Source: a virus. Taken from it: a stretch of DNA of 64,000 nucleotides. The stretch's first letter is position 1. Each line of letters opens with the position of its first letter. The stretch is from positions 22,391 to 86,390 of the IMG/VR virus record IMGVR_UViG_3300045740_000163; one strand, given 5' to 3'. This document shows, one piece after another, positions 36,798 through 46,047 of this stretch. The translations under genes were made by a program, and so were the position numbers. The notes beneath the pieces are model-generated. The model worked only from the letters and a program-made list of their open reading frames with translations. It did not search any database and was not told the origin of the DNA.

Positions 36798-37160
36798 ATG
36801 ACACAGCAACACCCCATCACCCCACCACCGGAGCTGGTGCAGCAGTGGGACTGCGAATGGAGGGAGCAGCAAAACGCCCCAGTTATCGGCTGGTCGGCCA
36901 ATCTTCTTGCCTATGTCGCTGCTCGCGCCGCACAATGGGGCGCCGACCAGGAACTGGAGGCGTGTTGTGAGTGGCTTCACTGGCAAAACCTGGCCACACA
37001 TCCCGAACTGATCCCTTCGCTCCGCGCCGCCCGCCGCCCCAAGGCACCGAGCTTGAAGGAACAGGCGCTTGAGATGCTTGAGAACGCTTGGGAAGGTGGG
37101 CACGTCAACAACAACGCCGCCCAAACCATCCGCCGCGCCCTGGAGGCTCTCAATGACTGA
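36798..37160 (+). CDS. Hypothetical protein (GC-rich island, family A)
   Basis: PPPELVQQW...AAQWGADQELEACCEWL. Confidence 0.75.
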   Translation: MTQQHPITPPPELVQQWDCEWREQQNAPVIGWSANLLAYVAARAAQWGADQELEACCEWLHWQNLATHPELIPSLRAARRPKAPSLKEQALEMLENAWEGGHVNNNAAQTIRRALEALND

Positions 37161-37638
37161 TTACAAAGCAACGTCCGATCAGTGGAATCAAGTTCAGCGA
37201 TGTGCCGATGTAGTTGGCAGCTCTGATTGCTCTGCAATTCTTGAACTCCGCGCCAGGATCGAGATACTAGAGGCTGCAGCTAACAAGCACATCGTCGAAA
37301 CCAATTCCAACATCGTGGCCTTGGCGAGCCGCGTCGAAGCGCTGGAGGCTGTCAAGCGCCCAGCATCAAAGGTCTACGAGATCAGCGAGCCGCTGAAGTT
37401 GACGCCTGAGCAGGCGCAACAGGTCAGGGATCTGCTCGCACCCAACTCCAAGCCAATTCCTAATTCCTCCCAAATTAGGAGTTCGCTGGTGGAGCGGGTG
37501 CAGGGCGCGATCCACGATGTGGAGTTCCCACACGGCGACGACGAAGCCCGCGCCGCGATCCGCGAGGTGGCGGCGTGGTTGGACGAAAACACCGGCGGTG
37601 ACGCCGCCTGGATGCTGACGCAGGAGGCCAAGCGATGA
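37153..37638 (+). CDS. Hypothetical protein (GC-rich island)
   Basis: MTDYKAT...ILELRARIE.LEA...EARAAIREVAAWL; internal Met start preferred. Confidence 0.7.
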   Translation: MTDYKATSDQWNQVQRCADVVGSSDCSAILELRARIEILEAAANKHIVETNSNIVALASRVEALEAVKRPASKVYEISEPLKLTPEQAQQVRDLLAPNSKPIPNSSQIRSSLVERVQGAIHDVEFPHGDDEARAAIREVAAWLDENTGGDAAWMLTQEAKR

Positions 37639-37910
37639 CACGCCTACTTTCACCACCCGCCAAAATCATCCGCCAGTGGGAAGCCGAATGGGACACCAAC
37701 GGTGCCGCCCATTGCGACAGCGTTCTCTACATCGCCGCCAAAGCTGCAACCTGGGGCGCGAAGGCTGCCATTGAGTGCGCTCTCAGGGACACCGCTTCAT
37801 GCCACTGGCGCGTTGCTGATGGCCCTGAAGATGGAGTGCAACTGGTGCGTGCCAGTGATCTGGTGGCTTGGGCTGCTGCCATCGGCAAGCGTTATGAGGT
37901 TGAAGAATGA
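37635..37910 (+). CDS. Hypothetical protein (GC-rich island, family A)
   Basis: PP.KIIRQW...YIAAKAATWGA shared with the 36798 ORF. Confidence 0.7.
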   Translation: MTRLLSPPAKIIRQWEAEWDTNGAAHCDSVLYIAAKAATWGAKAAIECALRDTASCHWRVADGPEDGVQLVRASDLVAWAAAIGKRYEVEE

Positions 37911-38140
37911 CTGACCTATCACCCGCCGCGCAGGCGGTGCTGGATGCCGTTGAAGACGACTGCATACACCCCACAGACTTGCACCATATTGCCGCCGCCG
38001 CCCTGCGAGCTGCTGCGGATCAGGTGGTGCCAGAAATGGTCAACGCTGTTGGCGACGAACACGACAACGCCCGCCGTGAGCAGTGGATTCGCATTCGGCG
38101 CAAATTCCTTGCCATCGCTGACGAACTAGAAAACCAATGA
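37907..38140 (+). CDS. Hypothetical protein (GC-rich island, family B)
   Basis: MTDLSPAAQAVLDA...AAALRAAADQVVP. Confidence 0.75.
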   Translation: MTDLSPAAQAVLDAVEDDCIHPTDLHHIAAAALRAAADQVVPEMVNAVGDEHDNARREQWIRIRRKFLAIADELENQ

Positions 38141-38373
38141 CTGAACTCTCACCCGCTGCGCAGGCGGTACTGGATGCTGCCAACGGCGCTCAATGTTATG
38201 GTCCTGACGACTGCCTCAATGAATCTCGCTGGATTGCTGCTGCCGCCCTGCGGGCCGCTGCAGATCAGGTGGTTCCAGCACTACGTCTTCCGTATGATTC
38301 TTGCTGTGATGTAAGTGCATCAGCAATACGAGCCGAACTTCTGGCCATTGCTATTGAACTTGAAACCCAGTAG
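38137..38373 (+). CDS. Hypothetical protein (GC-rich island, family B paralog)
   Basis: MTELSPAAQAVLDA...AAALRAAADQVVP. Confidence 0.75.
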   Translation: MTELSPAAQAVLDAANGAQCYGPDDCLNESRWIAAAALRAAADQVVPALRLPYDSCCDVSASAIRAELLAIAIELETQ

Positions 38374-38382
38374 TCACCTTCA

Positions 38383-39081
38383 CTACTGCGGCAGGTAGCG
38401 AATAAAATCCCAACCTTTAAGAGAAGGATCTTCCGATTCTTTAACAGCTTTAACAACAGTTGGAAGCTCGCGGGCGAGACGATACCCAATCGAACGCGCA
38501 ATCTCACGATGCTCTTTTTGTGTGTCGTCCTTGCCTCTTAACCCAACATAATGAATAAAACTACGAACTGTGCCGCTCATGTGCATACGAGTCGGTGTAT
38601 ATAACGGAAGAATATTCCTTGCGCATTCACGAGCCACGCCTGCCTGAAGCATCTCGTCGTAAAGACCTTGAATCTGACTGTCGACAATCTCCAGCCTTTC
38701 CCAGAAAGATTCACACATGTAAGTCGGCAGACGGTCGACACTGCTCTGCCGATTCTTCTGAGCTTGAAAACGAAGCTCAAACTGATAAGGTTTTTCCTCT
38801 AGGTCGAGTGTTTCGCTAGGTGCGCAATACCTCTGCGACAGTTCCTGAAATACGAAACTCCGATGCCTAAGAATTTGAGGAGAAATAGCCCGTGTCGTTG
38901 ATATCTCAAAGCTCGCAGAAGCCTGCTCGAAGACACTCCAGTGTGCGTGCTTAATACAATAAGTTAGAAGCTTCTCGTACTCGTCACGATCAGGATCTTT
39001 TGTGGAGACCCTGGCATGTCTAGCAATTACTTTTTCCGCATCTGGTGTAATCCAATCTAACTGAGCTGTATGCAGTTGCAT
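38383..39081 (-). CDS. thyX: FAD-dependent thymidylate synthase
   Basis: HWSVFE, RHRSFVFQELSQRY signature, ARECAR, TQKEHR. Confidence 0.95.
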   Translation of the reverse strand: MQLHTAQLDWITPDAEKVIARHARVSTKDPDRDEYEKLLTYCIKHAHWSVFEQASASFEISTTRAISPQILRHRSFVFQELSQRYCAPSETLDLEEKPYQFELRFQAQKNRQSSVDRLPTYMCESFWERLEIVDSQIQGLYDEMLQAGVARECARNILPLYTPTRMHMSGTVRSFIHYVGLRGKDDTQKEHREIARSIGYRLARELPTVVKAVKESEDPSLKGWDFIRYLPQ

Positions 39082-39090
39082 AAAATTAAA

Positions 39091-39690
39091 TTAGGGTAAG
39101 CTAGAAGCGAAAGAGTTTAATTCAACAATATTAGGCTCATACGCTTCTTCTGGCCACAAATCAATAACGGCTTTGTTACGAGCAGCCGCAGCTTCTTGTA
39201 TGGTTTCGTAATATCCCAAATTTTTAGGCGTACCTTCAATCGTTATCTGCGCTATCCATTTTGACCGCTTACTATTCCAGTGAACTCCTTTCACGCCAGA
39301 AGTATTATTTTTACGCAGTCCTTGATTTTTCTGTGTAAGGCCCACGGTGTCTTTTCGTAAATTGGATACTGTATTGTTTAAACTATTCCTGTCTATGTGG
39401 TCGATCTGATGAGGGTAAGGATCTTCCCCATAAGCTAAAAGATAAATAACTCTAGAAGCTAGAAATCTTTTTTTGTCGATTACGACACCCCAAACACACC
39501 TACCGTCAGAACGTCTGGATATAGAGCCAGTCCACTCATCTTGCTTTGCATTGTTCGCTCGGGTGATTTTATTTTTTAACCCACTCTGCGTATTCAATTT
39601 ATTAATATCCGGAGATTCTATATAAAATAACTTGTTTACATAATCAACATCAAAAGGAAGCGGTTTAATAACAGCCATGCTTGTTATCAC
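39091..39690 (-). mobile_element. Free-standing HNH-AP2 homing endonuclease gene
   Basis: IDHIDRNSLNNTVSNLR plus NTSGVKGV.W...KW.A.I...LGYY...EAA.AR; AT-rich relative to flanks. Confidence 0.85.
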
Positions 39691-39717
39691 ACACCTAGCG
39701 ACTATAACAGCTTTTCT

Positions 39718-39855
39718 CTAAGATTTTGGGAACGTCTGCTGATACCGCAATCTAGCAGTGATCTCACTCGGATTCGACACCATTCGAGCAAGGTCTGCAG
39801 GACCGAAGCCAAGCTTCATACCAGCCATGCGCATGTTATCGGTTTCGCGGTGCAT
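39718..39855 (-). CDS. Small hypothetical protein, 45 aa (below cutoff)
   Basis: Hand-translated MHRETDNMRMAGMKLGFG...; TGATG coupling. Confidence 0.5.
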   Translation of the reverse strand: MHRETDNMRMAGMKLGFGPADLARMVSNPSEITARLRYQQTFPKS

Positions 39856-40370
39856 CATTTGAGAGGCTTTGCAGGAAGCTGAAGAGGCAACATGCCCGGA
39901 GTGTTGTAATTTTGAATCATGGTCGCTGCAGACAGGTCTGGAGCGTTCAAGAAATTCTGATTAAGAGACGTTGTAAGAATTTTGAGCTGATTACGAAGCT
40001 CAGGATTCAGCGTATTTTGAGTTTTGACTAAGTACTCACCTTTGCTCATGTCCGCAGCGCGGTCAGGAATCACGAGCTGATCGCGGTGGTTGTAGCCAGC
40101 AGGCCCTGTCAACTGCTGGCTCGGAACGATATTCCCAGGCTGCATGTCGGTGGGTCCCACGGCCTCCCGAGTGTGCTCACCCCGATCAACTTGATATTGC
40201 GAGTAGATGCGATTGATATTATCGAGTTGAGTAGCTCGATTAAGTTCAATCATCTCAGGAGTGTTCTGGTACAACGCCGGAACACCAGTAGCCAAGCTAC
40301 CAAGAGGCTTAACGCGCTCAGCTGAAGGGCCTAAGCCACCAGGGCGCTGCAGGAAGTTAGAGCCAGTCAT
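39855..40370 (-). CDS. Hypothetical protein
   Basis: 171-aa ORF; TAAGAT upstream. Confidence 0.7.
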   Translation of the reverse strand: MTGSNFLQRPGGLGPSAERVKPLGSLATGVPALYQNTPEMIELNRATQLDNINRIYSQYQVDRGEHTREAVGPTDMQPGNIVPSQQLTGPAGYNHRDQLVIPDRAADMSKGEYLVKTQNTLNPELRNQLKILTTSLNQNFLNAPDLSAATMIQNYNTPGMLPLQLPAKPLK

Positions 40371-40384
40371 AGTTTTATCTTAGC

Positions 40385-40618
40385 TCAATCAGGGTTTCTG
40401 GTTCGATTTCGTGAGGCATCAATAGCCCTTAGATTTGAAGGACTGTTGTTATGAGGGTTGCCATCCTTATGGTCGACATCCTTACCATCACCCTTATGGA
40501 CGCGACCTTCGCGCATCATATATCTCCTCGCTTTATTTCTAGCTGCACGACGTTTTTTCACCTTTTCGGTGCCGTCGTAATTCTCGTATTCTTTCTCGTA
40601 ATCTCTCTTATACGCCAT
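40385..40618 (-). CDS. Small HNH endonuclease
   Basis: KRRAARNKARR...DVDHKDGNPHNNSPSNLR...NR. Confidence 0.85.
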   Translation of the reverse strand: MAYKRDYEKEYENYDGTEKVKKRRAARNKARRYMMREGRVHKGDGKDVDHKDGNPHNNSPSNLRAIDASRNRTRNPD

Positions 40619-40633
40619 CAGCTCACTAAGTTT

Positions 40634-40867
40634 TTACAATTCTAATCCAGCTTTAAACAGATCCTCGACGGCATATCCACGGTGGGTCACCAAGTGACGT
40701 GCAAAATCAGCCAAGTCTGCTTGGAACCGCTGAAACAGTCCCGTGTAGCAGCCATTGCCAGGAGCATAAAACTCATACAAAGCATCTAAAAAGAAAGCTT
40801 TGCTCTGCTCATCATCAACGCTCCAATTATCAAGGATCGTCTGATAGTCAAACTCGACAGACGCCAT
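40634..40867 (-). CDS. Hypothetical protein
   Basis: FLDALY...YTGLFQ pattern. Confidence 0.65.
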   Translation of the reverse strand: MASVEFDYQTILDNWSVDDEQSKAFFLDALYEFYAPGNGCYTGLFQRFQADLADFARHLVTHRGYAVEDLFKAGLEL

Positions 40868-40896
40868 AAGAGATTGGCAAGGGTTCGTACTCTAGC

Positions 40897-42132
40897 TCAC
40901 TTGGCCAAGATGACCCATCCCGACTTGGGTCCTTCAACCAAGAACCTCGGTCCTAGATTCTTTTTCGAGTACAAACGATATTTACCATCAGTAGACACGT
41001 AACCGCCGTTAACAAGATCCATCTCACCGAAGGGATCGTGAACCCAAAGCTTCGACTTATCAGCGGTGATGCCCACGCAGCAAATCCAGTGGCCTCCACC
41101 TGTTGGCCGTGACACCGGGCCCTTGTGAAGCACGCCCATAGGAACAGGAATTCCCTGTTTCAATTGCGACTCAATCAGAGCCCAATCGGCGTTCTGTACA
41201 AACTGTGCATCAACGCCAAAGTGCTTCAATGCTTTAAGCTGAGCAGAAGCTTCTGTGGTGTCACCAAACCTATACACCTCTTTAATATATTCATCGTCAC
41301 TACTAATAGCGTCAGGCTCCAGGCTCTCTAAGAGCATCGCACAGCTGCTGCTAAAGCAGGTGCGCATGGGATCTTTGCTGTTATCCCGCTGCGAGAAATA
41401 AGGAACAATAAGCTTGATCTCCCCATCAGGCTTAGGGGGATTCTCTTGCGTTTCCACATCGTTGATGATCTTCCAGTGATCTGGGAAAATCCACCACTCT
41501 TGATCAGGACGTTGCTCTAGGAAAACTCGCTGATGAGACTCGCCCGCATACATCCTCAGTTCGATCCACTGCCACGCGCTGCCTTTGGGGACAAACAGCT
41601 TCTCCTCAGCAGCCAAGCTGCCTGAATCGACGGGACGTCGCTTGAGCCAGGTATCCCGTTTAGCCAGAATCGACTTAGACAACAGTGGATGCTTGCTCTG
41701 CTCTAAGAATAACTTCTTCTCTTCTTCGCGACGACGAACCAAACCGGGAACCGGTTCGTCACTATCCGCTCTGACCCAACGTCCAAACTCACCAGCAACA
41801 ATTTTCCGATCAGCTCCGTGGTTCAGCAAACGTAACAGCGTGCTGTTAACGAATGCCGTGGGGCCAACGTTAAACGTAAACGACACCAAAGCGTCGTATT
41901 CGTTCTGATTTAGCTTAACGCTTACAAAGCTACTTACTGTTTGCTGTGCGCTTTCGGTGTCTCGCCACAGCAGTTTTTCCGCTTCCTCCTCGGTAATACG
42001 CATACCAGGAGTAACGTCAGGACCAGTATGTCCGTAACCTATTGTGTCGACGCCGGCAGAGCATTTATATGCCGTCAGGCGAAGACCTTCGAATCTCTTA
42101 ATCAGATCGATGCCTTTTTGAGAGACTCGCAT
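40897..42132 (-). CDS. Endolysin: GH24 lysozyme plus C39-like peptidase domain
   Basis: FEGLRLTAY...TIGYGHT, ALVSFTFNVG, GLVRRR; VPYFSQRDN...CFSSSCAM...GHW...HDPFG. Confidence 0.9.
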   Translation of the reverse strand: MRVSQKGIDLIKRFEGLRLTAYKCSAGVDTIGYGHTGPDVTPGMRITEEEAEKLLWRDTESAQQTVSSFVSVKLNQNEYDALVSFTFNVGPTAFVNSTLLRLLNHGADRKIVAGEFGRWVRADSDEPVPGLVRRREEEKKLFLEQSKHPLLSKSILAKRDTWLKRRPVDSGSLAAEEKLFVPKGSAWQWIELRMYAGESHQRVFLEQRPDQEWWIFPDHWKIINDVETQENPPKPDGEIKLIVPYFSQRDNSKDPMRTCFSSSCAMLLESLEPDAISSDDEYIKEVYRFGDTTEASAQLKALKHFGVDAQFVQNADWALIESQLKQGIPVPMGVLHKGPVSRPTGGGHWICCVGITADKSKLWVHDPFGEMDLVNGGYVSTDGKYRLYSKKNLGPRFLVEGPKSGWVILAK

Positions 42133-42193
42133 TGCTTAACTTCCGCCATTAATACTCTGGCAGAAGAGCAACAATTTCGGTATAAAGCTTTAA

Positions 42194-42592
42194 TTAAGCG
42201 GCCGTAATTGTTACGTAGTACTCAGTCTCGCTACGGCCACTGCGGAACACATAGATAGTCGCAGTATCGCCAGAAGTGACGTTGTAAGCGAAGCTGGGGA
42301 AATCGCGGCGGCTTAACTTAGAAGCCTCAACGGATCCTCCCAGAGTACCGTTAGCCTTATAAGCTGCGACACCTTTAACAGCAAAAGCTTCAGGCTGGAT
42401 TGTCACAGTCGCCACGCCAGTGGTGCCGAAAGTCACTTCAAACACGTCAGCAAGGCTAAGGCTGCCGTCGCCAGCAAAAGAACGGTAGCTGTTGATTGTG
42501 ACGTTGTTACCGTTGCTGGTACGGATTTGGCCGAAACGCGTGATTCCTTCGGGAGCAGCACCCAACTCACGGTTGAAAGTAACTTCAGCCAT
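42194..42592 (-). CDS. Beta-rich probable virion structural protein
   Basis: Thr/Ser/Gly-rich 132 aa; TAGAAT upstream. Confidence 0.65.
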   Translation of the reverse strand: MAEVTFNRELGAAPEGITRFGQIRTSNGNNVTINSYRSFAGDGSLSLADVFEVTFGTTGVATVTIQPEAFAVKGVAAYKANGTLGGSVEASKLSRRDFPSFAYNVTSGDTATIYVFRSGRSETEYYVTITAA

Positions 42593-42630
42593 CGCTAAGG
42601 TAAAAACACTTCGTATATCAATTCTAAAGT

Positions 42631-42993
42631 ATGACGAACAAAAAAAATTACAACACCGTAAACGCGCTCATTTACGAATTAATCATCTTTTTATGTCGTT
42701 TTTACCCTCTTAAACAGAAAGCATGGATTAGAAAGATTCTTGATTATTGCCGTCCTGATTGGGCTGCTTTCAGAGCGGAAGTTGCCATGCAGGAAGTTGA
42801 TAAACAAGTTGAAGAGCTCCACGCGCAATGGGACGCGGAAGAAAAAGAAAAACAAAAACCTGTATACACAGAACTTCCGCCTGACGGATCTAAAGCGCAG
42901 GATCTGCTAGGTGGAGAGATGCGACTCAGCGCGCCTTGGACGGTTGAGACTTCTTATAAGACTGAGCCTTCTTCTTCGCACGAACGCAATTAG
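42631..42993 (+). CDS. Hypothetical protein
   Basis: GSKAQDLLGGEMR...PW pattern. Confidence 0.6.
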   Translation: MTNKKNYNTVNALIYELIIFLCRFYPLKQKAWIRKILDYCRPDWAAFRAEVAMQEVDKQVEELHAQWDAEEKEKQKPVYTELPPDGSKAQDLLGGEMRLSAPWTVETSYKTEPSSSHERN

Positions 42994-43066
42994 GTACGTT
43001 CCGCCCGTCTTTCTTCTTATACCCCTCTTGTACGTAACCGTCCCAACAGGGTCCTTGCTTAGCCAT
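42926..43066 (-). CDS. Small basic protein
   Basis: PCWDGY..G.KKK.GR.VPNCV motif; Met start at 43066. Confidence 0.65.
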   Translation of the reverse strand: MAKQGPCWDGYVQEGYKKKDGRNVPNCVRAKKKAQSYKKSQPSKAR

Positions 43067-43274
43067 TGTTCCTAGAGCGTTTGTAAGCGCGTGCTTTTCG
43101 GCCAGCACGCTTGGCTGCTTCAGTGTTTTCGACGTGAGTGTTCACTGGTCGGCCACGGGTGGCCTGTTTTTTCTTTTCGTCAGTAGCGCGGCGCTCCTCG
43201 GCTGACAGTGCCGCCCAGGCTGACTTAGGTAAATACCGCTCAGTGCGGCCTTTTTCCCGTGCTAGATCAGCCAT
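43059..43274 (-). CDS. DUF5872-like protein, C-terminal half
   Basis: RYLPKSAWAALS.EERRATD.KKK. Confidence 0.65.
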   Translation of the reverse strand: MADLAREKGRTERYLPKSAWAALSAEERRATDEKKKQATRGRPVNTHVENTEAAKRAGRKARAYKRSRNNG

Positions 43275-43705
43275 CAGCGAATAGGACCTCCATACAACCA
43301 GGCATCACAGCTGCGTTTTGCCGCACACTTAAATTTAAACAGCTGACAGTAACCTAAGTCCGCTAACTCAAGTACGTTGTGAGGATCAGCTGCTTCTGTT
43401 TCGTTGATCCCTTGAATTATGCAGTCTAGAACTCGTGGCGACTGATCAAACGCAGCACAGTTGCCGCACAAAGCAGTCTGCGCGTGCTCGACATCGGTAT
43501 TCCAAATGTCGGCTTTATGCTCCCAGAATCCAGGATCTGGATAATCGGGATTTAAGGGACCATAGGCAAACTTATCGATAGTCCAATTACGGTTTTTAGT
43601 GTTCTCCTCGACGTTTAATGTCGCCGATGGGCAGCTCTCCGACTGAGTAGTAATTTCTTTCTCAAGAAATACTTTGGATCTAACAGGAGTGTCGTAATCC
43701 ATCAC
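43274..43705 (-). CDS. Cys-rich hypothetical protein
   Basis: CP.AT, YGPLNP, CGNCAAF, GYC...FKCAAKRSCDAW. Confidence 0.75.
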   Translation of the reverse strand: MMDYDTPVRSKVFLEKEITTQSESCPSATLNVEENTKNRNWTIDKFAYGPLNPDYPDPGFWEHKADIWNTDVEHAQTALCGNCAAFDQSPRVLDCIIQGINETEAADPHNVLELADLGYCQLFKFKCAAKRSCDAWLYGGPIR

Positions 43706-43926
43706 TTGTTCTTTTCGTACTCTTCACGTGTTTGCCAATCCTCATCGCCCCACTTTTTCAAGCGATTTTCTGAGGACTTCTTGCCTACATAAGTCCCACC
43801 GGCTTCTTTGTAGTATTTAGTCGCAAGCTGCATGGCGCGTGCAGAGTGCCCTCCGAGCTTTTTACGTGCCTTAGCCTTAGCTCGTGCCCATTTTTCAGGG
43901 TCTCTTTTTTTGGCAACTTCAGCCAT
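43702..43926 (-). CDS. DUF5872-like protein, N-terminal half
   Basis: SARAMQLA..YYKEAGGTY.G...LKKWGDEDWQT. Confidence 0.65.
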   Translation of the reverse strand: MAEVAKKRDPEKWARAKAKARKKLGGHSARAMQLATKYYKEAGGTYVGKKSSENRLKKWGDEDWQTREEYEKNK

Positions 43927-44186
43927 CAGTCGCGACCTTCCGTATTACGCTTATCTCGCTTGCCTCGTTCACGTTCTGTTTTATATTTCCGAGCGCGAGT
44001 TTTTGCCCTTGTGGCAGCACTCATCTCGCCACGGCGGTCACCTTTTTTAGTTGCTTCTTGAGTTCCTTCTTTTAAATCTCCAGATTTCTGAAGAGTTTTA
44101 GTAGCGATTGCATAAGCCCTGGACTTATCCATTCCAGGGTTTTTTTTCATAATCGACTTAACAGCGTCGTCGAGTATGGCGGGCAT
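43926..44186 (-). CDS. Small basic protein
   Basis: SRAYAIAT..LQKSG; Arg/Lys-rich. Confidence 0.65.
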   Translation of the reverse strand: MPAILDDAVKSIMKKNPGMDKSRAYAIATKTLQKSGDLKEGTQEATKKGDRRGEMSAATRAKTRARKYKTERERGKRDKRNTEGRD

Positions 44187-44230
44187 AAAACTACGATTGC
44201 TCCTAGAATTCTACTAGCTGAAGTACTACC

Positions 44231-44410
44231 ATGATTAACCACCTTTCTGAGAACTGGGCTGAAATTGCTGGAATTTTAGCCGCCCTCCACGTGCTTGCCC
44301 TGGCGATTGTCAATGCAACGCCTACTCCTCGTGACGACGAGCTTTACGGCAAACTGTATAAGGTTATCGAAGTTATCGCTGGCATCATCACCAAGACCGC
44401 TAAGCGATAG
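44231..44410 (+). CDS. Small membrane protein, possible holin, 59 aa (below cutoff)
   Basis: Hand-translated MINHLSENWAEIAGILAALHVLALAIVNATPTPRDD...; hydrophobic helix plus TPTPxDD. Confidence 0.6.
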   Translation: MINHLSENWAEIAGILAALHVLALAIVNATPTPRDDELYGKLYKVIEVIAGIITKTAKR

Positions 44411-44411
44411 T

Positions 44412-44777
44412 TTAAACAGCTATCGGGGTTGGGTCCCAATAAAGAGGCACTAGCGAAAGAGGATCGGTATCCGACTGGTTAACCCAGCGCAGGATCCGAT
44501 CCTCTCTTTCTGACGTCCAGAATTCTTGAGACCTAAACCAAGAATACCAATCTTCTGAACTTTTCATAATGTTGCAGTCGCCACAGGCTGCAATCAGGTT
44601 TTTTCGAGTCGTCGAACCGCCGCGTGCCTTAGGAACAACGTGATCTAACGTGGTTGGGTTTGCTTTTCCGCAGTAACCGCAGCACCCCCAATCTTCAAAA
44701 ATTTGTCTTCTGAATCGTTTTTTGGCAAACCGTTTCTGTAAGCAAGTGAGATCAAACAAAAGATCTTTTTCGCTCAC
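44412..44777 (-). CDS. HNH endonuclease
   Basis: CGYCG...TLDHVVPKARGG...NLIAACGDCN..K. Confidence 0.9.
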   Translation of the reverse strand: MSEKDLLFDLTCLQKRFAKKRFRRQIFEDWGCCGYCGKANPTTLDHVVPKARGGSTTRKNLIAACGDCNIMKSSEDWYSWFRSQEFWTSEREDRILRWVNQSDTDPLSLVPLYWDPTPIAV

Positions 44778-44836
44778 ACAAAAGTGCGCGGCTTGTATTT
44801 AGTCTATGTCAAAAAATTATTGGCTTCATTATTTAT

Positions 44837-45619
44837 TTAGGCTGAAGGAAATGTGATTGTTCCACTGCCTGTGAAGCGATAGACGCGATAACCGGAGCGG
44901 GTGGGTGTTGTATAGGTTCCGGTGATAGAACTTGGCGCAGCGTAAGTATCAAGGTAAGCAATTACGATGATGCCTGAACCCCCTGCGGCACCCGAGCCAC
45001 TATTCCAGCTAGGTGATGAGGCTCCGTTGCCAGTATTAGCCGTACCAGCTACACCAGTTGCTTGTGCACTGGCACCGCCGGCGGCGTAGGTTGCCGATGA
45101 ACCAGTAATAGAACTTACCAGGCCAGATCCATCACTACCTCCTGCACCACCTCCTGGAGTGCCGTAATAAACACTGCTCGTACGACTAGCGCTAGCAGAA
45201 GAAATTGTCGTCGCTGAAAAGAAACAATCTGATGTCAAGGTTCCATCAGCGCCACCCGCATCAGTAGCCCCAGCCCCACCTGCGCTACCGGCATTAACTC
45301 CACCAGGAATTGGACTGATATTCCGACCAGGGTATGCCCCAGGACCACCGCCACCTGCAAAGATTGTTTGACTGAAGGAGCTAGTGCTGCCAAAGGCAGC
45401 GTTTTTAGCGCCGCCAGCACCAATCGTCAGCGTGTAGGAAGATCCGCCAGTGACCGAAGTACTCATAAACAGAAACCGTCCAGAACCGCCGCCGCCGCCG
45501 ATGTTGTATTGGGCTAGGGGATCCCAAGTACCTCCACCACCACCAACAACCAGCAGCTCAATCGGGATGCCTGAGCTTCCGCCGCTACCCGTGCTAAAAA
45601 ATTGACTTAAGGTAGACAC
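44837..45619 (-). CDS. Glycine-rich tail fibre/tip protein
   Basis: LLVVGGGGG, TIGAGG, GGSGIIVIAY, YRFTGSGTITF. Confidence 0.8.
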   Translation of the reverse strand: MSTLSQFFSTGSGGSSGIPIELLVVGGGGGTWDPLAQYNIGGGGGSGRFLFMSTSVTGGSSYTLTIGAGGAKNAAFGSTSSFSQTIFAGGGGPGAYPGRNISPIPGGVNAGSAGGAGATDAGGADGTLTSDCFFSATTISSASASRTSSVYYGTPGGGAGGSDGSGLVSSITGSSATYAAGGASAQATGVAGTANTGNGASSPSWNSGSGAAGGSGIIVIAYLDTYAAPSSITGTYTTPTRSGYRVYRFTGSGTITFPSA

Positions 45620-45673
45620 GCCAAATTATTCCGCTTGCTATAAGTTTAACCGGCAAACTTAAATCCCGAGAAG

Positions 45674-46039
45674 TTAATTAATTCGAACCCAGCTCTGCGT
45701 TTCTTCATCCCACTTGTACTCGTGACCATCTTCAGGATAAGGAACAGGGGCTTCCCATTCGTAATTAGATGTATTTAAAACCCAAGAAGGATAAGGTTTC
45801 GGCAGCAAGAAAACATCATATTCTTCGCTATAAGTGCAGCCGATTCCGGCATAGCGATATCTAAAATTGCTGTTATAACTGGTTTGTTTCCAAATCGTAT
45901 CCGCGCCAAACAAAGACTGGCAGAACGCTATGCCCACAGCTTCTGATTCGTTACCTTGACTGTCTAAACAGTCTTTATTACCGATAACAATTACTTGCGT
46001 AACTGTATTCGAAGTGTCGAGCTTAGCGAAGTGGGCCAT
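45674..46039 (-). CDS. Tail fibre-associated protein
   Basis: MAHFAKLD...WKQTSYN...YAGIG...PKPYPSW. Confidence 0.75.
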   Translation of the reverse strand: MAHFAKLDTSNTVTQVIVIGNKDCLDSQGNESEAVGIAFCQSLFGADTIWKQTSYNSNFRYRYAGIGCTYSEEYDVFLLPKPYPSWVLNTSNYEWEAPVPYPEDGHEYKWDEETQSWVRIN

Positions 46040-46047
46040 AACTAACT

